Positions 13,173-24,300 of a DNA stretch of 64,000 bases are shown piece after piece. Each line of letters begins with the position of its first letter. Within the stretch, counting starts at the first letter, position 1. The notes beneath the pieces were generated by a model. It had not been told where the DNA came from. It searched no databases and was given only the letters and a program-made list of their open reading frames with translations. The stretch covers positions 103,290 to 167,289 of the forward strand of contig NMRA01000325.1 of the NCBI GenBank assembly GCA_002633005.1, given 5' to 3'. A program made the translations under genes and the position numbers. Origin of the DNA: Phoronis australis (Eukaryota; Animalia; Phoronida).

Positions 13173-16100
13173 CTGGAATTGAAACATATTTCATTGATAC
13201 TAAGAATACACATAGGCGTAAGAGAGTTTACGTTAGTGGGGGTAAAACAAATGTGAGCGCAACCCTGCTCCTCGACTCCAGTTTTGCCTCCCAGTCCGCC
13301 ACCATCCCTAGGCCCGAACAGTGTTTCTACCCTCCATCCCCAATCGACCCCGCTTTACCTCTACCTGCTCCCTCCCCATCCGTCTAAACCAGATATGCCT
13401 ACGTCAACAGTCAGTTTTACCTCCGCCTCTTTTGATCGCTTCAGAAAGTTCGAGGGCAGGGGCATAAACTAATTTGACTTCGCCAAAACGTTCCCCATGT
13501 CGACCCAAAAATTTTAATTCCTACTTAGCGAAACTACTTCAAAAATCCCTTGGTCATCGCCAATTTTGCACCCTCCTTGCCATTGGCGGCGTGTGGACTT
13601 GGTGTTTGGGAAGCAAACGCTATGGAGGCAGCAGTCAGAGACTAGAGATAATATATGGGCAACCGAACTTCTAGTGGCTGCCCCCCCCCCCCNCCCCCCC
13701 CCGGGGAAGAGGGAAAATGATATTGAATTGTCCAAAGTTCACCATCCTACCTCGAAATTCACCGAAACATCATTTTCCTCGATGGTTATTCACATTGGCA
13801 AAATCCTCCAGTGAAGTTTTACTCCAATTTCAACTTGCATCAAAATTCACTGACATTCGGTCACTAGTTTGTAATACTAAAAAATTGTCAAGCTATCAAT
13901 TGATATTCGTACATACATAAATATGTGCAGGTTACCAGAAGAAACAACATAGACATGTTGGGTCGACGAAGGAGCACAGAGCCCGCATTTTGAGTTAACT
14001 ACCGGCTGTTATGTTGCAATACTTCTTTCAAATCCGCAATGCACGGCAAGGAATATTTAAGAAATTCCCACAGGGATGCACGCAGATGCATGTACTTGAT
14101 GAACAGACGGAAGAACATGAGAGACGGGGCATCCCACAAGAGGTTCGGGGGCTATAGTAGTTTTCAATAACTTCTATCTTTCGATTCCGATGTTTTATTT
14201 TTAGTACAGGCTCACGCTTGTGATTGCTTGGGATGTATGTCTTGACGCTACTGTGCTTCGTATGAGCATTTTCTGTATAAAACCTTTTCTACGGCTCCTC
14301 GGAATAGCTGAGAGTGCCGGATTTATAGGGGACGAGGCGACAATTGCCCAGGGCTGCCCTTCAAAGAGACGATCGAGTCTGAGAGAGTTCCCTTAATATG
14401 AAAGAAGTGTTGATCAAACACCATAATATGAACGGTGTTGTTCCAATACCCCATCCTGAAAGGATGCTTCATTTAAAAAAATGAAAAACAGACACATTTG
14501 ATTCCGTCATGGCGTCACCCCCCCCCCCCCCNATAGGGTCACCCCCTTCCATCATTGGACCAACTTCCTTAGATTGGAACGTGCACGCTATTTCCGCATC
14601 TCTGTGATGGCTTGGTCAAATTAGTTAGAAACACAAGAAATAGCGACGATGTGAATATGAAGTACGCTGGAAATTGCGAGATGCTTTTTAAAAACGAGTT
14701 TTGTGTCGAAAATGATCCGCCGTAAATGACTCAACCATGCTCAGTAAGTATCGTGACGTGGTGTTGGGTAATAGCACTGCATGATGCGAGCTATGTGAGC
14801 CCCCAAGGTACGTCATTAGAGCAAAGGTCACCTATTTGCAGAATTAATTATTTTCACATTTCTCATTGAATACAACTGCACTTTGTTTAGCGTAGATGAT
14901 GTTCAAATAGCATTGACGTTTAGTTCCTGCTTTAAATGAGCATAGTTAGGAGTATGCAAATACATTTTCAACATAAAAAGCTGTATGACAAAACAGGATT
15001 AGAGAGGAGTTTGGTTTCATGGGCCTCCTCCGTGAGAAAATGATTTAAATAAGAAAAACGAAAAGATTAAAAAACGGACGATCGCGGCTCAAATAAAAAA
15101 GTTCATGTTAATGCAACGTTACGTCTATTCAATAGACACCATCAGGATAATTATATACAAAGGACAGCAAGTGCCAACATGCAGCTCACGTAACATCCAT
15201 GAAGTGAAATAAGAGATATAGGGAATAATTAGTAGCTGGTCATCACCATAGTTGCAGGGTCACTGAGCTCTGCATGTTATTCAGAGAATCAGTGGCATGC
15301 TCGTCCTGAATGGCCAATGGCTCTTCAATGTACAGTAGTTCCTTTATAGGTTCTCTACAGATAATACTAACTGAATTTGCTTGGTGGTTGTTGCTAACAC
15401 AATGCCTATATGCGTTGCTTTTTTCTGAGGTGTGATGTTCTTTCAGCCTGTCACAGAGACGTCTGATATAGAATTCTTTACAGTTGTCAAATTCAACCTC
15501 ATAAACAACATTGCTATTGTTTAATAAAGGGATGGGTGACTTCAGTTTACACAGCATATTGGAAAGTTTACGAAGAGGTCTGAAAACTACTTGTGCGGCG
15601 ATCGTCCGTTTTTTAATCTTACTATGGCCAAAAATTAATGTAATTAAAAAAAGAAAAGGGTAGTCATGGATGTTATCAGGAAGAGATGGTATATAAATCA
15701 AAAGATATACAATACAAAAACGGAAAAGAGGGCGACAAATGAGTCAGTCTCCATTACACCTCGCCAGAGAGAGGAGAAATACAGCTTTGTATTCCCTAAA
15801 AATGTCTTTTTGAATTGGAATATATGAATCAATTTTCTCGGTAAAATTCTGTGCATATCAACTATTTTTGTCAGACTTTTATGACGCACGTGTTTATTAG
15901 AGCTCGTTTTCAGTTAAGTGTGGTTGATCCAAACAGCAAAACTTAAAAGTGGAGCCCCTTATCAAAAATGCCCTGGCCAGTGCCCACTAAGGAGGAATTC
16001 AGCACTGGTACGAGACAAATGCTCTCCAATCTGTTCTCTTTTCAATATGTGCCGTCCTAATCTCGACTATACCACTGCACGCGTCCCCTGAGCCTCGGCT

Positions 16101-16913
16101 ATTTCGGTCGCCACCAAGGTCTCACCCTCAAGTCTGCAAATTATTAGGGTAATATACAGTGCGCTCCTGCTTACTGCTGACGCTGCCTTCGGGGCAGAGG
16201 TGTTTGCCCCCTGCCCCTTCGCTTCCTACGCCTATGCTAAAGTTAAAAACTATAGTACGTGTCCTGTGCCTCGTCTAATTTTGAAACCTATGCCTCACCC
16301 AAAGGGAAGATGCATGACGGCGTTTTTCCGTTCAGTGACTTTACCGGACGAGCAGGGTTGTGAGCTTCTTTGTTTACTGCCAAGCACAGTCTTTTGTCTG
16401 GTATGACAACAGGCAGGCCAGTTATCTACCAGGCTTAGTACAGACCAAGTGTGAATACGGTCAAACCCAGAACGAATTGGTACATTCGGAAAGAATATAT
16501 TGTCGTAACTTCGGTTGTAGTTGCCCAATTTTGGCAATTCAAAAACTAAACATGATCATCATCTGATGAGAATTTCAAATATGTTATAAGTTATTTTTGA
16601 TTTTAGCAGCACAACCCAGTCAGGATAGACATGATCTTACTGGAGATTAAGGCAATTATCGAACAAGAATGGAGTTAACAAGTTGGGAGCAACGGGAAAA
16701 CGCCTGTGATGGTTTTGTGTCTACTGGAGCAGTTTCCAACCCTACTACATAAGGTAAGTGTCCCTGCACACGAGAGTCTACTCTTGTTGACCAAGCTTTG
16801 TGCCCCCACTGGTTGGAAGTGGTGGTGGTGGCGGTAGTAGCGGTGGTGGTGCCTGGTAGTGGTGGTGGTGGTGTGGGTGGTGGTGGTGGTGTGGGTGGTG
16901 GTGGTGGTGGTGG

Positions 16914-16945
<32 letters not shown>

Positions 16946-19900
16946 GTGTTTGCTGCGGCTGTGATGACAATGGTAGTTGTGATAGACTTGTTGCTGGTTC
17001 AGGTGGTCCTGATAGAGATGGTGCCCTGTGTTTATTAGTAGGACCGTAGCTCGACATTTTCGACCCGCCCTTGCCCCTTTACTACATGGCAGGTGTACTC
17101 TATTGTTCAGCTTTGAGCGCAATACAGAAACATATAAGCATTGTTGAGAATCAAATTTCTAGTACGCATGTGCATGTGTGCCTACACGGAATCTTTGCCC
17201 TTTATAAGTTAGTTTAAAAAGAGGTCCTTTAAAAACTAATTCTGGTACAGAATTTGACGAAGCTGATAAGAAATGACAAAAACAATCTTTCCTCGTCATG
17301 TCTGCTATACTATAGACTTTAGAATTACAAACTGGCAATAAATTCACTCAAAACGCCCATATCAGCGATGATTTTATCAGTTAAATTTATACTGAACCAT
17401 AGTTTAGCCCAAGAGCAGATATTAATCACAGCTAGATCACTTAATTCTACCTCAAACGAAATAATGGTTTGTGGTGTGAGTCACGTCAACTCTTACCATT
17501 AGTTTGGTCTGAGTTTGAAATCTGCAAGCGTGGCTCGTGAGTTAGGCTTTGAGACAGCACACGCACGTCATAGTTATGGTTAGTCAGAACACCACGAGTG
17601 CAAAATCTCAAACAAGAGTCAAGAGCTGATGTATCAGCTGGGTTAACGTAGGATACCGGTAGTCAACCATAATAAACAGGAAACTCCAGAAAAAAGTGAT
17701 ACATTTATCAAGATGATAGCGGTGCCATCACAAAACTAATATGCTACAGTTTATTTTTTGTTGTAATCCTGCCCATTAATGTTACCTGAGACTGCGATCT
17801 TCTATGAAGTGTTTGTTTGAATTCTAAGCGACCCAGTAGGAAATACATGACCGCGTTTTACAAGGGTTAGACTGCGTTATGACGCCATGGTAATTAAGGC
17901 GTATACCGCTTCGCACGCGCGTACCCAGCCTAAAATACAGGAGGGTCGAATTTTTCAGTAAGTGGGCCTTTAAAATTTACTGAAAAACTTGGACTAAAAA
18001 ACGGGGTACTACGTTCAGACATATAAATTGTGCATTCGCGCCGAATTCCTGTGGACTTTTGTCTCGTTTTTCGGACTTTTTGTTTCTCTGAGGTGGACCT
18101 TTTTGCCCACTTCGGCAAAAGGGGGGCCTCGTTTGAGCCCCTCCCCTCCAGGGGTGCGCGCACGCTTTGATCTAATCTGTTTACGTTCACCGCACCTACG
18201 CCGTAGAGATGTTCCTTAAAAGCTAAGTCAGCTGTAGTAACCAAAAGAGCATTTAGAGATCATTTTGGAATTGGCCGTAATGCGTTAGGCTAAAAACTTC
18301 AAAGAAGCTGTACTGACGTAACTAAAAGAAGACACCGACTGGAATATTCGAAACTGTTCAATTGCCAGAAAACATTTAATATTCATTTATGCAGTCGCCA
18401 AGACGTTAGGCCTGCAACCCTGTGATTGCCTTGGGAGTTTTGGTCGATATTTTAGAAGAATATTGCATTAAAATCTTAAATTTCCCGCGTACAAAATGGC
18501 AATAGCCCAGTAACTACACGACGACGACTAGAAAAACAGAGTGCTGTGACGGAATCCTTAAAGAAGAATGCCAGCCAAAAAACGACCTATTTTGTATCAA
18601 ATTAGATCGAGTAGTTCCACTCGAAACAGCAAATACAGCTCTTTTACCTGACACCAGACGGCAGACGGAGGTGTTGAAATTAACCAATGACGTCAGAGCT
18701 TCGAATGCAGTCTGTTCAGCAGTTCACAACAGGCTTACTGGTGTCGCTTGACTTCATCGTTTTACACCAATGAATCATCAAACTTCGATGTGAGACCCTT
18801 ACAAACATATCAAGTTATTGAAAAAACGTGCTATATTTCGCTGTTACGGATTTTTAGGTATTAACGTGCCGTACCGTAGGCCAACTAATCAAGGTCGTTC
18901 GCGGGTGTTTGGGGTCTGTTCGGTGATAAATTCAAGTTATTCGACCGTGAAATACAGACAGGAGAACATAACTGGGTGCTGTAATTTTAGACTTGCGATT
19001 TTTTCAGTTCTAAATTCACAAAACGCTTGCTATCCCGGCCAGTGGCTCCGAACCCGAAGAGGCCCATCGCGGCCGAACTGAAGACATAACGAACATAAAC
19101 CAGCCAAAGTTGGAAACTAAACATCCAGTCATGAAAAGACTATACTGGTAAGCCAAAGAAAAACTGTGCACGCGGATTATTTTGGTGAATTAGCTTCAAA
19201 ACTGCAAATCTACTTACTAGCTCGTCGGGGGCCGCGTTCGAAGTAAGGCTACCCTTCTACAGAAACGTCAGGGCAAAAGTTGTACAGTAACAATGATTCG
19301 AATAATGCATGTCAATATCTAAATAAATATTCCCCTAATATCTGACCATAGGATATAAAGTCGAGTTATTGTTTCACAACAGCTTTCTGTCAGCAAGCAC
19401 TGAATTAGCACGCGCTCACACGGTCTCGGTGCCCAGTCAATTACTTTATTACTGGCTTCTCAAAACATTTACACTAACGAGCACTCCAAGGCATTACGAG
19501 ACAGTCGTTGTTTCAGATTTATGTAAGCATTGGTTAGGGTGACAATAATTCATTTTGAAACAAAACGCATAATATAAACGTCAAGGTGGCAACTCACAAT
19601 CCCGACTTAGATGAGTGCTCATCCGACGAAGACTTCACGGGTCGATCGTTAGATATTCACAGGAATACACTGATCAAGAAATAATAGAGAGGCTCCGTGA
19701 ACGTGCACAGACAATGGAACATATGGATAGTTCCGAAAACCGTTTAAATGATTTGCTATGGTGTCAACGAGCTAACTGCCTGCACGATAACGGGAACGAC
19801 TGACGCTTGCGTTTGCTGCCACGAAATTCCGCAAGTGAAACGCCTACTTGGAGAAGAGCAAATGTGTCTCACGGACCATCCTGATTTTGCACCGCATCTT

Positions 19901-21248
19901 AAAAGAGGTGTGCTTACCACATTTTAGGGATGAGAAAAAAACTGGCGGAAACATTCTTCAGCCACAGGACCAAACAGAACCCTCACGAACGAGTCAGTCA
20001 TCAAACATCCGGTTAATATAAAACGTTATATTCTTACGCCTTGAATTAATTGTAATTGTTTATGTTTTCATGGCCAACTACAATTCTCCATTATCAAAAA
20101 CTGGTCAACAACCGATCCGACGAAATGCAGGCCACTGATAGACACGGAGAAGTTTCACGGCCTCATACTTGGTATTAACGGCGTACTTTTCATTTTTCAC
20201 TACCGCGAGCCACTTCCGAAGCATTATGGGCTCTCGAGGAAATCGAAAAAACGACATAACCGCATTCCTCGGAGCTTCATAATTCGCACAAGCGGGAACG
20301 ATGCACCACACCATAGCGGAACTCACTCTGCCGAAGAACCACTGACGTCGCTGTGTCGCTTCTCACCTTCCTCACAGGTTGAACGCGACACCTCTCGGCG
20401 AGGTAAGATCGACTGTACACGAGGTAATTTGGATATACACCGATTAAGACGGTAAAAAAGACTAACTAAATCGTGTGCCATTTTCCTTTAAAAACATTCC
20501 TGAAGATGGCCTGATCAGTGACGAAGCTCATTTCCACCATATTGTTGTGAAGCCGTATTTATGGAGGAAGAAGGTATCAGCGTTCTATTGTCACATAAGA
20601 GAACCAATGAAGCTTCGCAAGACATGTTTCCGGCCGCCTCATGTCACGAAGAAATGGCAATTTTGAGTGGCCACCATGTTCTTCAAATGTCGGCCCTTGT
20701 CGCTATTTCATATGGAGCTGTCTACGCAAAAACAGTCGGCGAACAGAAGTCGGCAATTGCGTGTGATCAATACCACAAGAGATGACGCGCCGGCTTATGG
20801 TTAACTTCCGAAATCACATGTACGGTCATGTGTAGCCAGTAGAGGACACCACTTGAGTGGAGTGAATTTTAAAATAACTTAGAACACAACACAATTAATA
20901 TTCTAGTTTGCACACCAACTGTACTGTCCTTTATTTCGTCACAAAATATGTTTTACCGGGACCTTCTGAAGTTATGCCATCAGTAAAAGCTATACTTGAT
21001 TACACTGAAAAAATGCGTTTTGAAACTCTCCCATCGGAAACGCGCGTATTAAAGGTGTTCTGAAATCTGATAGTGACAAAAAGCTTGTAATGATTGGCTT
21101 TGAAGAATATTTCTTATCGCGCCTAAATAGAGGAACTAGTGCCCAAGTTTAAAATTCCTTAGATTATTTTACCGCAGCCTGTATCCCACACAACCTACCC
21201 TAAAACTATTTGCATTAGTGCAATTTAACCCAATTTTAAGTGAAGTGT

Positions 21249-21324
<76 letters not shown>

Positions 21325-24300
21325 GGGTAAGGCGAGAGCAGTCGCTCTGTGGAAGACAATGAACAGCTGATGCGAATACGGCACAACAAGAACACCTGTT
21401 TGTTATGTAACCGCAGCTAATAATTACTTCCGCCTTGCCCCAGGTTTGCGGCAAAGTGGCGCAAGTTAACCTAGAATAAGTTACCGATCAAGTGGGGAAA
21501 GTTGCACGCTAGTTTAAATAGCGTCCACACATCCTCCAAACCAAGCAACAACTCGTTCCAGGAGTAACTTGTTCTGGGTAAATCCTATGTGGGTGGCACT
21601 TAAAAAGGTAAGCGGCGGGTGTACGAGTGCCCGGCTGTTCTACTTTGGTCATAGGTCGCAAAAATCGGGTATTACGTAATCGTTAAGAACAGTTTCAAAT
21701 TCTTCACCAGTACTTAACGAATATAAGTTGCAGTTGATTACGCAAAACACATGAGACCTCACCATAAGGGGTTGGAAGGTCTACAGTCCCCCCACTTTTT
21801 CAGCGCTGCCCCGCCCATGGTGTACAGGCGCCGCACCACAGGGGGCGGGGGCTGGGGGGGGGGGGGCTTTAGCCCCCACTTTTTTCAGTGCTGCGCCGCG
21901 GGCCATGTCAACGCCAGATGCTCTGGATCTGTTCAAGCGCAACAGAGCAACTCACACGCAAAGCACGGCTATGCGGGAAAGAAAAAGGTCGCAGCCATGA
22001 TTTTTGTAAAAACATACAACCGCAGTTACCATCACTTGGCTTATGTGGTACGTACGCTCGAATACTAATGAATAATTTGATACTGTTCTTTGTGATCATG
22101 GGAAACCCGGTTGACTCCACCGATTAAGGCAAAGTACAGTCAGTCTCTATTCAGTCTGTTCGTTAGACGCGCTACAGTGTCGTGCGCTTGTTAACGAATA
22201 GGGCCTTTTTTCTAGGCGGTGTCGCTGCTGTACTAGTGGTGATTGAATTGCGCATGCGTCTCTGCCTGCATGTAAACACGCTGGTTCCGTGCGTGTCGCT
22301 AGGTGGTCGGTAGCCAGCACGCAGGTATCACTTAATTTTCCTCGGGAATTTTTTACACCGGCGTTTCTGATTGGCTAGTCGAATTCTCAACAGGCAGTGC
22401 TTTACGCAAACTAACTGGCATGACTGATGCACTGAAGTGTAAATGTGGTCTGCTGTACAGACAAATCGGTGATTAAAATTTATGTTCAGGAAATATAAGT
22501 CCTAGAAATTGTGGTTGTGCCTTTTCGGAGTGCATCTTTCTACTGTCGATGAGTTTTGTTTACGATACTGTCCTGCATTCATACAGTGTGAATAACACAT
22601 CGTTAAATCGGCCAGCTATTTCATTGTACATGTATGTGCTTTAAGCACGCGTCTATTAAACATATCACTGCAGAAACAAAAGAGTTGCTGCGACGCCACT
22701 TGCATGACAAGGCTAAAAATCGTTCACAGTCCGTCATTTTTTCACGGTGTTGTAAAGCTAACCAATGACTGCTGAGGTCACATCTACCAATGTTAAAGCG
22801 CGTGTCACTGCGTGATACCTGCGTGCTGACTAGGCACGTAGGGAACGAGCGAGGCATGTAAACAGCTGGTAAAAAGACGGGATTGTTATCGAAATACGTC
22901 GTCGCGCTAAGCCTTATTATTGCTATTTTCCCTGGTGCAAATATTCGACAGGTGGTCACAAATTCCCAAAAGACCTGAGGTTACTACAGGCGTGGAGAAT
23001 TGGGGTCAAATGGGTCAACCAAGTGACAAAAAGTGTGTGGATGCCGAAGCCTCACGCCCTGCGTGTGGTATTTCACCATGTATTAAAGGACTCGCGAAAT
23101 CGCGGCTGCTTAATCTGTCACCACTAGTACACGCGCGCCCTCTAGTAATGTAAATATTGTCGAATAGCCCCATTAATTACGTCTCCAAGAGAGCTCCTAT
23201 TAAATTATTCGCACCTCTACTCCGCTCCACAGGGAGAAAATGTTTTAGTTGAGTAATACAATTAGGTCTGACCGAAAATGATAGTTATGCAGAAACAGGT
23301 GACAAAATCAGTTTTGGGTGAAATTACGAAAACCAAGGTTTAATATCCTTTAAATACAGCATCAAAGTTTCTGCATACATTTATCTGCCTCTATAAATAC
23401 TGATATTTAAAAAACAAAAAAGTTTTGTTCGAACATCTTTACCGTAAAAAATCATTGTATGTATAACTGACCTCTTCAACTGGCTTTAACTTTTGCCTTT
23501 TGTAATGATCACGTTTCAAGTTGTCATTTCTGAAACCATTCCCTCTGTACATGTCTCGCTTTGAAAACGGTCCTTCATTCTTCTTCATCGACGAGACATC
23601 TTTTTGGCAAGCACAATTTTTCATTTTTTTCTGAAAACAACTTTTTCCTATGTAGCTAACTGCGGCATATTCCAAAAGCGATGCAAACACCATGATGAAA
23701 CATACGACAAGGTATATGTCGATGCTTTTCAGGTACGAGATTTTCGGCAGGGAAGAGTTTGTGTTCGATATTAGAGTTGTTATTGTCAAGATGGCTGTTA
23801 TCCCGAGGGCGACACGTGCCGGAACTGCGTCACGACTGAGCCAGAACGAGACCCAAGACACGAGGACGATTAGATTAGTTGGAAGGTAGATCTGGACGAC
23901 GTACCAACCTAAGCTTCGTGCGAAGTAGAATTCACAGGATAGGCGAGAATAGTTCCCTGAAAAAGATACAACAATCTAATAATATCTGAACTTTGCTTGC
24001 AGTCCTCAACGAAAATAAATCTCAATTAAGAGTAGAGTTCCAGTAGTCTTCTGTGTGTGCCGTAGCCGGATGGTATGATCACGCTCATTCGATACAGTTC
24101 TGGTTCTGTAGATATAAAACACTCGCGAGAAAACCATACTACGATCACGTGCTTCGCCTGAAATGCGTGTCGATATTTCGCGAAGGCTCGAGTGAGCTTC
24201 AGTGCATTTTCGTGAGATTACTGCTTCTCATCATTGCCGGTTATGAAATTCAACAATCTCCATATGAGGTAAAAATGCGGTGAAAAAAGATTTGCTTGTT

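Noticed and set aside
13681-14535. Poly-C tracts containing N bases (13693, 14532) as special G-quadruplex elements
   Set aside because: Homopolymers typical of the local GC-rich MITEs; the Ns mark consensus uncertainty.
21169-21454. Cys-Val repeat proteins
   Set aside because: Translation of the (CA)n microsatellite.
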